A stretch of DNA of 64,000 nt from Candidatus Hydrogenedens sp. (GTDB lineage: Bacteria; Hydrogenedentota; Hydrogenedentia; Hydrogenedentales; Hydrogenedentaceae): NCBI GenBank assembly GCA_049968235.1, contig JBMFRC010000005.1:1-64000 (forward strand). Direction: 5' to 3'. Below the pieces are notes generated by a model. It saw only the letters and a list, made by a program, of their open reading frames with translations. It ran no database searches and was not told the DNA's origin. This document shows, one piece after another, positions 27,690 through 36,824 of this stretch; the first letter of the stretch is position 1; each line of letters starts with the position of its first letter. The translations under genes and the position numbers were made by a program.

Positions 27690-30266
27690 ATGTTAAAAAA
27701 ATTTTTTGAACCATCATTAAAAAATCATGCAGGGATGATAGGGTTATTTTTGATTCTATCATTTTTTGTGATTGTAAACACAGGTTGGTCTGCAATCTTG
27801 ATTGATAATATCGAGGATTTGCAGAAAATCGGAAATGACCCGGAGTATCCGATAAACGAGTCATATGAGTTATCGCAGGATATTGATGCAAGTATCACAT
27901 ATTCCTGGAACGAAGGATCTGGCTTTCAGCCGATAGGGTCGTCATCCAATCCGTTTAGTGGAACTCTGGATGGGAAAGGTTATCAGATTTTTAATTTATA
28001 CATTAACCGTTCCTCGGAGGATTATGTAGGTTTGTTTGGTAGGGTAAGTAGTAACGGAAAAATTCTAAACTTAGGTTTGGAAAATAATATAGTTATTGGT
28101 AAAAACTATGTTGGAGGGCTTATCGGTTCGAATGAAGGTCGTGCTGATACTTGCTATGCCAACGGTTCTGTTTCAGGCACAAATAATGTAGGTGGACTTG
28201 CTGGAAATAATACAGGGACATTGAATAAATGTTATTCTACAAATATAGTTGCTGGTGCTACGACTGTTGGTGGTTTAGCGGGAAGGAATGCCGGCACAAT
28301 TTCCCAATGCTATTCCACAAGTAATGTATCGGGGACATCCGCTGTAGGCGGTCTCATTGGTGCGAATGCAACATGGAACGCATCCCTGCGTAGATGTTAT
28401 GCTGGAGGAAATGTTTCAGGCACATCCAATATCGGCGGACTCATTGGAAGTATGTCGTGGGGCTGGGCATTTGAAACATATTCTATAGGACATGTAAGTG
28501 GCTCCTCAAGAATAGGCGGTCTCGTGGGATACCGTTTCTTCCTTGCATTTATATTCATGAGTTATTGGGATAAGGATACATCCGGTCTTGCCACATCAAG
28601 TGGCGGAACTGCCAAAACAACAGAACAAATGAAACAGCAGTCCACATATACAAATTGGTCTTTTGGTTCTGTATGGGGCATTATTCCCGGTGTAACCTAT
28701 CCATACTTTATCTGGACTTATCCCGTCCCAAATCTCTTAGGTTTAACGGTGGAAGAGGCAAATAGCGTTCTTACCAGCACGGGTTATGTGTTGGGAACGG
28801 TATCTGAACAATGTAGTTTCACTACTCCTGCCGGGTTAATAATGATTCAACAACCATTTCCAGGACAGTATTTAGAACCAGGCAGTCCTGTAAATGTAAC
28901 TATATCTACAGGACCCTGTCCACCAAATACTGTACCTAATGTTGTAGGATTAAAACAATCTATTGCTGAAAATGAGATTGTTTCTGCAGGATATGTTGTG
29001 GGAACAGTAGGAGAACAATGCAATAATACAATTCCTGCGGGTTATGTTATAAGTCAGGAACCTGCTGGGGGTGAGGAATTGGAACCTGGAAATGCGGTCA
29101 ATATTATTGTATCAACAGGTCCATGTCCTATTGCAGTGCCGAATGTGGTGGGTATGACCGAAGAGAATGCGGATGTAACATTAGTATCTGCAGGATTATT
29201 CTTAGGTGTCGTAAGCGAACAATGTAGCGACACTATTCCGCAAGGTAGAATTATCAGTCAGAACCCATTGGCAGGAACACAGGTCATTCCAGGAAGTTAT
29301 GTTGATGTAGTAATATCCTCAGGTCCTTGTGGAGAAGGGACGTCCGAAGGTATTCCTGAAGGAACACTGGAAGGTATAGAAGAAGGTATTGTGGAAGGAA
29401 CTCCGGAAGGTATTCCGGAAGGAGTTGAGGAAGGTATAATTGAAGGAATCCCTGAAGGTATTTTAGAAGGAACACCGGAAGGTGTAGAAGAAGGTATAGT
29501 GGAAGGAACACCGGAAGGAACGCCAGAAGGTTCTATTGAAGGCGAAAATGTAATTACTCCAAATGTTGTTGGGCAACCATTTGTAAATGCGGTATTCGCT
29601 ATTAATAATGCTCAATTGGTAGTCGGTGTAATTACTGAAGTTTGCACTGATGAATACCCGTTTGGTGTTATAATTGCTCAGGAACCTGTTGGTGGTTCGA
29701 TAGTAGAAATCGGGTCTATGGTCAATCTATGGGTATCCATAGGTCCCTGCCCACCTGAAGGAGAAGGAGTTGTTGAAGGGACACCCGAAGGAACACCGGA
29801 AGGTATTCCCGAGGGAGTTGTTGAAGGAACGCCTGAAGGAACACTCGAAGGAGTTGTTGAAGGGACACCCGAAGGAACACCGGAAGGTATTCCCGAGGGA
29901 GTTGTTGAAGGAACGCCTGAAGGTACATCCGAAGGAACCCCAGAAGGTATAGAAGAAGGCGAGGGAGAAATCATAGGAAGACATAGTGCAGACCAGAATA
30001 ACGATAAACGGATAAGTTTTACTGAACTGCTTCGTGTAATTCAATTATTTAATTCCTGGGGCTATCATTGTCAATCTGGAACTGAAGATGGATTTGCTCC
30101 GGGTGCCGGTGGAGATACCTCATGCACTCCACATACTTCTGATTACAATCCCCCTGATTGGAAAATAGGTTTTACTGAGCTACTGCGACTGATACAAATC
30201 TTTAATACGGGTGGCTATCATTATTGTCCGGGAGAAAGTGAAGATAACTTCTGCCCAGGATTGTAA
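27690..30266 (+). CDS. secreted mosaic protein: GLUG-motif repeats + 4 PASTA domains + TPEG/EG low-complexity linkers + twin dockerin/EF-hand-like C-terminal repeats
   Basis: GLUG-type repeats (VGGLIGSNEG..., VGGLAGNNTG..., VGGLAGRNAG..., VGGLIGAN...). Four PASTA-like units (VPNVVGLKQSIAENEIVSAGYVVGTVGEQ...STGP etc.). EGTPEGIPEGVEEG... repeats. C-terminal DQNNDKRISFTELLRVIQLFN... and DWKIGFTELLRLIQIFNTGGYHYC. The likely start is ATG 27690 with RBS AAAGGAG, rather than the ORF-track GTG at 27660. Confidence 0.65.
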   Translation: MLKKFFEPSLKNHAGMIGLFLILSFFVIVNTGWSAILIDNIEDLQKIGNDPEYPINESYELSQDIDASITYSWNEGSGFQPIGSSSNPFSGTLDGKGYQIFNLYINRSSEDYVGLFGRVSSNGKILNLGLENNIVIGKNYVGGLIGSNEGRADTCYANGSVSGTNNVGGLAGNNTGTLNKCYSTNIVAGATTVGGLAGRNAGTISQCYSTSNVSGTSAVGGLIGANATWNASLRRCYAGGNVSGTSNIGGLIGSMSWGWAFETYSIGHVSGSSRIGGLVGYRFFLAFIFMSYWDKDTSGLATSSGGTAKTTEQMKQQSTYTNWSFGSVWGIIPGVTYPYFIWTYPVPNLLGLTVEEANSVLTSTGYVLGTVSEQCSFTTPAGLIMIQQPFPGQYLEPGSPVNVTISTGPCPPNTVPNVVGLKQSIAENEIVSAGYVVGTVGEQCNNTIPAGYVISQEPAGGEELEPGNAVNIIVSTGPCPIAVPNVVGMTEENADVTLVSAGLFLGVVSEQCSDTIPQGRIISQNPLAGTQVIPGSYVDVVISSGPCGEGTSEGIPEGTLEGIEEGIVEGTPEGIPEGVEEGIIEGIPEGILEGTPEGVEEGIVEGTPEGTPEGSIEGENVITPNVVGQPFVNAVFAINNAQLVVGVITEVCTDEYPFGVIIAQEPVGGSIVEIGSMVNLWVSIGPCPPEGEGVVEGTPEGTPEGIPEGVVEGTPEGTLEGVVEGTPEGTPEGIPEGVVEGTPEGTSEGTPEGIEEGEGEIIGRHSADQNNDKRISFTELLRVIQLFNSWGYHCQSGTEDGFAPGAGGDTSCTPHTSDYNPPDWKIGFTELLRLIQIFNTGGYHYCPGESEDNFCPGL
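29330..29960 (+). repeat. in-frame tandem DNA repeats encoding (T/I)PEG/EG linkers (two blocks, 29330-29540 and 29755-29960)
   Basis: Near-identical ~70-bp units, for example gttgttgaagggacacccgaaggaacaccggaaggtattcccgagggagttgttgaaggaacgcctgaagg twice at ~29770 and ~29850. Confidence 0.8.
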
Positions 30267-30294
30267 TAAGTTAAGTTATTAGAGAACTAACTTG

Positions 30295-30328
30295 CAGGGA
30301 CTTATTTATTAAGTCCCTGCTTTTTTTA
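30295..30328 (+). terminator. bidirectional rho-independent terminator between convergent genes
   Basis: GCAGGGACTT-atttatt-AAGTCCCTGC followed by TTTTTTT. Confidence 0.65.
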
Positions 30329-30393
30329 CTTTAAAGAAATAAACAGATAAATACATGGGGATATATAAGGGTATTATTAATTTACCAATTGAT

Positions 30394-31713
30394 TTATACT
30401 TGAGGTATTAGTTTCCGATAGAAAAGTGTGAAAATCGTAAAGATAACCATTGCTAAAGCGGAAAGAGAAGCCCCGCTTAAAAAAGCGATTGCAGGTCCTA
30501 AAAGCCCCCAGAAAACACCAAATATAAGACTGGCGGGTAAAGCAGATATACCTATGAGGGAATGATATAAACCATAGGCGGAACCTCTTAATTCAGGTGG
30601 GACTAAATCCGCTACCAGTGCTTTTTCTACACCTTCTGTAAACCCGTAGTATGCTCCATATATAAGAAGCAATAACCAAAAAAGTAATGATGTCTGTATA
30701 AAACCCATAGCAAGATATACAAAGGTGTAAATTGTCCACCCGGCAAGTATGACTCTGAAACGACCAAATTTATCTGATAATCTACCGCCGGGGAAACTGA
30801 AACATACTTTGGATATGTGCAATAACACCCAAGCAATAATAACGCCCAAAGGACCATAATGAAATTTTTCGCTACCATAAAAAACAAGGAATAAATCTGA
30901 ACTATTACCAAGAGCAAACACAGAAACACTTGCAAGATAGAGGTAGAATATTTTAGGTAATGAGGGTGCTTTTTTTTCTGAATTTATTGCATGTGTAATG
31001 GATTCTTTCTTAGCAGGTAAAACTTCTTTAAGGAAAAAAGCGAGAACTAAAACCGCAATAAGCCCTGGAATAACAGATAGAAAAAAGAGCATTCGTAAAG
31101 AAAATAAATTTGCTCGTTCCGGTGCTGTTTCCATAAAAGGTAAAAATTTTTCGTTTAGAACAAGGTATAAAATAATGACAGATAAGATAGGTCCGGTTAC
31201 TGCACCCAAATGGTCCATAGCCCGATGGAAACTAAAAGCGAGCCCCCGATGTTCAATAGGAGTAGATTCACTAAGCAGTGCATCACGAGGTGATGTGCGG
31301 ATACCTTTGCCAATGCGGTCGAGAAATCGGAATAAAACGACTTGCAAGCCCGTTTGAGAAAAAGCCATAAAGAAACGGCATATGGTTGAAATGAGATACC
31401 CCGCAACTGTTAGTGTCTTTCTGCGTGATAATTTATCGCTGATATATCCCGAAACGAGTTTTAATAAACTTGCGGTGCTTTCTGCAATACCTTCCATAAG
31501 CCCGATATATATTACTGCACTTCCTGCAGGAACAAGCCCCGCAATAAATAAAGGTAAAAGTGGATATACCATTTCTGAAGACATATCCGTAAACAGACTT
31601 GTAAGACCGAGATACAGGACATTTCCTTTTAAGATACTTTTCCATCCTATCTGCTGAGGAGGATTACCTAAAGTATTGTTTCCATTGGTCCCATTGCAAG
31701 ACATGCTGGGCAA
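30394..31713 (-). CDS. MFS transporter
   Basis: About 12 predicted TM segments with an MFS-like loop motif (D-R-x-G-K/R-like: LDRIGKGIRTSPRDALLSE). Length 439 aa. The 5' end overlaps the upstream gene by 50 bp, so the true start may be an internal Met. Confidence 0.7.
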   Translation of the reverse strand: MPSMSCNGTNGNNTLGNPPQQIGWKSILKGNVLYLGLTSLFTDMSSEMVYPLLPLFIAGLVPAGSAVIYIGLMEGIAESTASLLKLVSGYISDKLSRRKTLTVAGYLISTICRFFMAFSQTGLQVVLFRFLDRIGKGIRTSPRDALLSESTPIEHRGLAFSFHRAMDHLGAVTGPILSVIILYLVLNEKFLPFMETAPERANLFSLRMLFFLSVIPGLIAVLVLAFFLKEVLPAKKESITHAINSEKKAPSLPKIFYLYLASVSVFALGNSSDLFLVFYGSEKFHYGPLGVIIAWVLLHISKVCFSFPGGRLSDKFGRFRVILAGWTIYTFVYLAMGFIQTSLLFWLLLLIYGAYYGFTEGVEKALVADLVPPELRGSAYGLYHSLIGISALPASLIFGVFWGLLGPAIAFLSGASLSALAMVIFTIFTLFYRKLIPQV

Positions 31714-33562
31714 ATCCTTCTATTACCGCACTGTAAGTTTGTTCCGGGATAGCGGTTAAATCCCAGACCCAATATAAATCACCAATATATCCCATTTGAT
31801 AAGCCTGCTGTAAAAATTCTATCAACATGGTTTTTGCCTGTTCAACAGAAACATTCTGGAAGACACCATATTCTCCAACAATTACAGGCTTTTTTACCAG
31901 ACCATGTTCATGACATTCAGGATTAACTTTAGATGTATTATCCCATGGATAAATATGTATATCAATGAAATCAAGTGAAGATGCTTCTCCACCTACTATT
32001 GCTGGTCGTGGTGGAAATCGTGCATCTTTATTGTCAAATAACAATCCACAGGAAGGTTTTCTTCCTGCAGAATCACTTGTCCACATTCCAGCGGTTACTA
32101 ACGCTGTAGGGTCAACAGATTTTACTGCTTTTGTTAATTCATTCGCCCAGTATATTATGACCCTATCATATATTTTTTGTCGTTCTTCTTCGGTAGATAC
32201 TTTTCCTTTACTACTATCAAATAGGAGTACTTCTGCTGTAAATGTAGAAAAGGGACCTTCAGAGTTCATCAGGTAAATCTCATTTTGTAAAGACCATGCA
32301 AGAACTGTAGAGAGCAAGGATGCGTCGGTATCTTTTATATATTCAATGAACTGTTTTATGGCAATGGCTTTTGCTTTAATAAACGAGTTCCAAAAGAATT
32401 GACGATTATAACCTGTTACATGTAGGTCATCTCTTTCAGATTGGGCATGGAATTCCATCAATATTGTTTCAAAATTACCAAATTTAGGATACTCATCCAG
32501 TATAGGGATTACATAGATATTATATAGGGTTGCTTTACGGAGGAAGTCTATGAAATTGTTCATGTATTCTTCATTAATGAGTTTCTCCTCTCTGTTTGAA
32601 ATAAAGCCATATTCATTTTGTGTTCCCCATGCCCATACACGGATAACATTGCCTCCGCATTCCGATATTTGTTTCAGCACCAGGTCCATCTTATCAGGTT
32701 GATAAACATTTGTATTAAACAAGGCATGCCAACCCGAATTGCCGTGTTCCAGAACTACATGATTAAATCCACGAGGAACAAATACTTCTTCGTTATCCGT
32801 TTTAAAAAAAACTTTTTTCCCCTTTCTTTCACCCAGCCGAATTCGAGAAAGGGATTTAGGAGTCCCTTCCTTTATCTTTTGGGTAGTGGTTCGGACAAGA
32901 TTTGGTTCGTAAACTGTATTTTTCTGTTTTTGTTCATGTTTTACCAATGATAATTTGAAGTTTTTAAAAACTGCTGAACAAGACTGTATATATATTACGG
33001 GATAAAGATGAGACGAGAGATGAATAGAAGGGATAATAGAGAATTTTTTGTTGTTTACTCTAATGTCGTATGAATTATTCTCCTTTTGTACCGATATTTT
33101 TATATCTTCATTTTCAGGAACAGTAAAAGACATTTTAGGAGAAAAATTTAAAGGATTTACTCTAATTTCATTTCCTTTTAATATTCCAACCTCGAAAGAG
33201 GTTCTGGGATTATTCATTTTCATTTCTGCAAGACCTAATCCTGCACAAAAGTCATCGTTGTATTTGTTCTTTATTTGAAAGGTTACTTCCCATAACATTA
33301 TGTCTATAGGTTGATTAAAGGTAGGGAATGCATAGGCTATATGAGTTCCCCTTGGGTCTAATTGTAATTCGTCAGAATTATTGATTGGCATATATCCACG
33401 CGTAACTGTCCAGAAGGGAACAAGGTCCCCGGTCTGGTATAAAACAAAGGATTCGTCACCTCTCCCCTGTAGTGAAATAACACAAGTGAAGAGAACAAAA
33501 AAAATAGGGATATTCTTAATGAAAAATAAATTATTATTCTGTCTTTTTTGTCCCTTTTTCAC
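31664..33562 (-). CDS. secreted glycoside hydrolase, clan GH-A (GH5-like TIM barrel), with an N-terminal beta-sandwich
   Basis: Signal peptide. NVIRVWAW and the candidate acid/base motif WSLQNEIY. Confidence 0.5.
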   Translation of the reverse strand: MKKGQKRQNNNLFFIKNIPIFFVLFTCVISLQGRGDESFVLYQTGDLVPFWTVTRGYMPINNSDELQLDPRGTHIAYAFPTFNQPIDIMLWEVTFQIKNKYNDDFCAGLGLAEMKMNNPRTSFEVGILKGNEIRVNPLNFSPKMSFTVPENEDIKISVQKENNSYDIRVNNKKFSIIPSIHLSSHLYPVIYIQSCSAVFKNFKLSLVKHEQKQKNTVYEPNLVRTTTQKIKEGTPKSLSRIRLGERKGKKVFFKTDNEEVFVPRGFNHVVLEHGNSGWHALFNTNVYQPDKMDLVLKQISECGGNVIRVWAWGTQNEYGFISNREEKLINEEYMNNFIDFLRKATLYNIYVIPILDEYPKFGNFETILMEFHAQSERDDLHVTGYNRQFFWNSFIKAKAIAIKQFIEYIKDTDASLLSTVLAWSLQNEIYLMNSEGPFSTFTAEVLLFDSSKGKVSTEEERQKIYDRVIIYWANELTKAVKSVDPTALVTAGMWTSDSAGRKPSCGLLFDNKDARFPPRPAIVGGEASSLDFIDIHIYPWDNTSKVNPECHEHGLVKKPVIVGEYGVFQNVSVEQAKTMLIEFLQQAYQMGYIGDLYWVWDLTAIPEQTYSAVIEGFAQHVLQWDQWKQYFR

Positions 33563-33609
33563 AAAACAACCTTATGCAGTGTATTAATATATGTATATTC
33601 CAAACACAT

Positions 33610-34902
33610 TTATGGTTTACTTAGAATTCGGATGGCTTGCTGGAAGAAGATGGATTGAAGTGGCTTTATAGCCAGGAGTGCTTTGCCCGGAGTTGTTTTT
33701 TCAAGAATAGATAATATGCGAGCAAAGGCACGATATGATAATTTTTCAGGGTTTTCTAAAATTAAATCAGAAAGTTTTCCTCTTTCAATAGCCCGTTGAA
33801 CCATACGGTCAAAAGCAGTTTCAGGGGGTAATACCCGTTGAGAACGGGGCTTCATGGAAATTGCTCCCGATTTACATACAGTTGCACATACTCCACACCC
33901 CAGGCATAATGTCTCATCTAATTCTGCCATGTTATGACCTTTATTCCCATCCATACTTATATGTTTTTTTATATCGATTGCATCCACAGGGCAGACTTGT
34001 TCACATTTTCCACAACCTTTACATATCTCTGTATTAATAGACATTATCCAATTTGAAGTTTTGATAGCATGTTTAATATTACATGTGCGTATCGCATTCA
34101 ACAAAGAACAACAGCAGGAACAGCAATTGCATAAATAGGTAACCTGTTGTTGAACATTATCCCCTATCTGGACCAATTGTTGAGACTTGCATTCCTCCAC
34201 GATTTTCATGGCATCTCTGGCTGTGATTTTCTTAGAAATTTGCATTTGTATCATGGCATCTGCTCCACCATTTACGGATATGCAGGTTTCTAAAGGAGCA
34301 GAACAGGCTTTCCCGAGATGCTGATTGTTATGACGACAGGCACATAACCCCAAACTCAAATTTGAAGCCGTTTCGATAACCTTTGAGACTCTTTCCCAAT
34401 CTAATATCTCTGTGCTATTCGTTTCCGATGACGCTAATGTTTCTTCACGAACAAAAGTTCGAGCAAAAGGATAGTCCGTATCAAAAGCACTATATATAAA
34501 TTCTTTGTTCTTTTTTAAGTAATTATCAAAAAGTTGGGCTAATTCCGATATAGGCAGATTATCCCGAACACGCATCATGATAAATTCAAAAATACCACCT
34601 AATACGGGGGATAAAGAGAAAAAGTGCTTATCTCCTTTCTTAACATCTACAACAAGCCCTCGAAGTGCTAAATCACAAAGTTTATCCTCCAGAGCTGTGG
34701 GTTCTACATTTAATTGTTTTGCCAATTTATCTAAAGAGACCGGTCGTGTAGGTAATTGTCGAGTAAGTTGTGCTTCTTCAGGAGTAAACAATATTTTTAA
34801 TATTTCGGTTAAGACGGGTGAAGGAGGAACTGAGGTTATTGAATTATCCATTTGCTGTTGTAATAAACGATATTCTCGCTCTGAATTAACTATATGCCCC
34901 AT
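33610..34902 (-). CDS. Cys-rich 4Fe-4S ferredoxin-domain protein of unknown function
   Basis: Two CxxCxxCxxxCP motifs (CKGCGKCEQVCP; CLGCGVCATVCK) plus additional Cys clusters (CACRHNNQHLGKAC; CNCCSCCCS). Confidence 0.55.
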   Translation of the reverse strand: MGHIVNSEREYRLLQQQMDNSITSVPPSPVLTEILKILFTPEEAQLTRQLPTRPVSLDKLAKQLNVEPTALEDKLCDLALRGLVVDVKKGDKHFFSLSPVLGGIFEFIMMRVRDNLPISELAQLFDNYLKKNKEFIYSAFDTDYPFARTFVREETLASSETNSTEILDWERVSKVIETASNLSLGLCACRHNNQHLGKACSAPLETCISVNGGADAMIQMQISKKITARDAMKIVEECKSQQLVQIGDNVQQQVTYLCNCCSCCCSLLNAIRTCNIKHAIKTSNWIMSINTEICKGCGKCEQVCPVDAIDIKKHISMDGNKGHNMAELDETLCLGCGVCATVCKSGAISMKPRSQRVLPPETAFDRMVQRAIERGKLSDLILENPEKLSYRAFARILSILEKTTPGKALLAIKPLQSIFFQQAIRILSKP

Positions 34903-35047
34903 AGGGTTATCTCCGAAAGAGATTTAATTGCTGTAATAAGTATAATCTATCTTAGAGATATAAAAAAACTAAAACCTGTTAGAATATTTTGAATGTTAGT
35001 AGTTATACAAAGCGACATGGACTCTTGTTAAAATCATGCAACTATCG

Positions 35048-35082
35048 AATAAAAAGACAGGGGCGTATTCATACGCCTCTGA
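35048..35082 (-). terminator. candidate rho-independent terminator for the gene ending at 35104
   Basis: Hairpin AGGGGCGT-attcat-ACGCCTCT (35057-35080) with a T-run on the minus strand. Confidence 0.35.
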
Positions 35083-35103
35083 TTTTTAGTGTATTGAAAG
35101 TCC

Positions 35104-35850
35104 TTATTTCCCGTTTGCAGGAGGGGTAGGGGGCGTTGCAGGAATTTGAAATATTTCGTTAGGAATATCCACACCTGTCTTTACATTTTTATATTCAATG
35201 AGGAACATAGGTGTTGAGTCCTTGCCAATGATTTCCAGTCTCCGGATAATTCCTAAATCGGGGTCCATCAGTACATTTGCGGAAGAAAAATCTCCGCCGG
35301 GTCCTTCTTTTGGTTCGAGTTTTAGTTTTATCATTTTCTTACCGTCCCATTCTGTTTCAGGTTCTACTGTAATATTCATCTTCTCTTTGACAGCATCGAA
35401 CATTTTCTTCCCTCCGATAGGAATTGCCCCTTTGGTAATGTCAGGTGATGTTTTGATGGTGTCTGTAACAGCAAGTAGTTGGTAAGTAACAAAAAATTCT
35501 TTGCCATCGAAAATCACTGTGGCTTTTGCAATAGGCGTATTTAATAGTGCTGAATTTCCAGATTCTACCGCTGAAGCAGGGAACGCAGAAAGTTTCTGGG
35601 CAAATTTCTCATTATCCCCATCACGCTTGATGAATAATTCTCCAATCCCCTTTAACTTCATAGTATTGGTATTATTTATGGGGAAATTAGCATCCGCTCC
35701 TACATCTGCTTTAACAGTTTTTTGTTTTTCCCATGCAGAAATTAACTTTGTAGATACTTCATCCAGAGATGCTTCCGCAAAGGTTAGCATAGAAAAGGAA
35801 CATAAAAGAATAAGGGTTAAACAATGGGTTTTGTTGAAGTGTTTTAGCAT
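35104..35850 (-). CDS. hypothetical secreted protein (LolA/outer-membrane-lipoprotein-sorting-like fold suspected)
   Basis: Signal peptide. Length 248 aa. No catalytic motif. Confidence 0.4.
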   Translation of the reverse strand: MLKHFNKTHCLTLILLCSFSMLTFAEASLDEVSTKLISAWEKQKTVKADVGADANFPINNTNTMKLKGIGELFIKRDGDNEKFAQKLSAFPASAVESGNSALLNTPIAKATVIFDGKEFFVTYQLLAVTDTIKTSPDITKGAIPIGGKKMFDAVKEKMNITVEPETEWDGKKMIKLKLEPKEGPGGDFSSANVLMDPDLGIIRRLEIIGKDSTPMFLIEYKNVKTGVDIPNEIFQIPATPPTPPANGK

Positions 35851-35870
35851 TTTAGATTCTCCTTATCGGT

Positions 35871-36812
35871 TTAATTTCCAATCGGTGTTATTGTTACTGT
35901 TGTCATAAAGCCATTATGGTCACTTAATCGGGTAGGTTTACCCGAAGAATCCTTTCCTTCCTGGAGTTCTAGTGTTTCCAATACATCAAACTGATAGTAG
36001 GGACTTTTTCTCGCATAAATATGGTCAATATTTGATTCAATGTTCATAATTCGTATAAGGTTGGCAATTACTACGAGGCTATCATGGGCATTATCACCTC
36101 TGCGTGTATTTAAGTCTCCGACCAAAATAACCGGAAATTCTGTCCAGCAGGATGTATTAATGAAATCTGCCAGTTCTTTACACTGAGCCTCTTTTACAAT
36201 ACGATAACGTGGATTTCCATAACCTGCCTGTATGTGTGTGTTATAAAAATCAAGAAAGCCTATCCCGGGGATTTCAATTCGAGCCAGTCCAGAACCTTTA
36301 CCTGCCCACCAATCACCTTCCCAGAAACGATACCAGTCACCGGTAACTTTATAACGATAAAAGAAATGTTCACGAATAGGGAAAGCACTCATAGTAAATT
36401 TCCCACTACCTATCAGACCACTGTGGTAATATTGGTAGTATTTTAGTCTGCTTTTTGATGTTAATTCTTTAATAAGAATATCACGGTCTTTTTTTATGAA
36501 AGACTCTTGAAAACCGACAATATCTGGGTCAAGTTCCGCTAATGTTCGTGCTATGGCATACATACGTTCGGGACGGTTTCTGCCTACAACCCAGGTATCT
36601 TGAATATTATAGGTTACAATTTTTAATGTGATAGGTCTGGCAAGGGGTTTCCGCTCTACATCTTTATATATACTTTGTCGGAAATCCCATGGCATAGGAT
36701 TATGGTGGGCACTGTAATAAGCAAGTGCTAAAAATGTAATCACGGGAAACAGAATAGGGGCTAAAATGAAAAAGCTCCAGAATAACAATTTTCGTTTTCT
36801 CTCTGGTAACAT
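35871..36812 (-). CDS. endonuclease/exonuclease/phosphatase (EEP) family protein, membrane-anchored
   Basis: EEP motifs TYNIQ, GFQE, GDLN and SDH. N-terminal TM. Confidence 0.65.
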   Translation of the reverse strand: MLPERKRKLLFWSFFILAPILFPVITFLALAYYSAHHNPMPWDFRQSIYKDVERKPLARPITLKIVTYNIQDTWVVGRNRPERMYAIARTLAELDPDIVGFQESFIKKDRDILIKELTSKSRLKYYQYYHSGLIGSGKFTMSAFPIREHFFYRYKVTGDWYRFWEGDWWAGKGSGLARIEIPGIGFLDFYNTHIQAGYGNPRYRIVKEAQCKELADFINTSCWTEFPVILVGDLNTRRGDNAHDSLVVIANLIRIMNIESNIDHIYARKSPYYQFDVLETLELQEGKDSSGKPTRLSDHNGFMTTVTITPIGN

Positions 36813-36824
36813 AGAAACACCTTT

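Noticed and set aside
29330-29960. Possible CRISPR array (short tandem repeats)
   Set aside because: The repeats are in-frame coding units without unique spacers of regular length. They lie inside a long ORF and have no nearby cas genes.
29284-30044. Four long ORFs (29284..29511 -, 29678..29974 -, 29722..29928 -, 29727..30044 -) and 29770..29952 + inside the TPEG repeat region
   Set aside because: They are antisense or alternative-frame read-throughs of the low-complexity in-frame tandem repeats of the 868-aa gene. Their repetitive P/S/L-rich translations are artefacts.
31664-31713. 50-bp overlap between the MFS transporter start and the GH5-like gene end
   Set aside because: Probably an over-extended MFS N-terminus from the longest-ORF call. 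A downstream Met is a more likely start, so I did not treat it as a programmed overlap.
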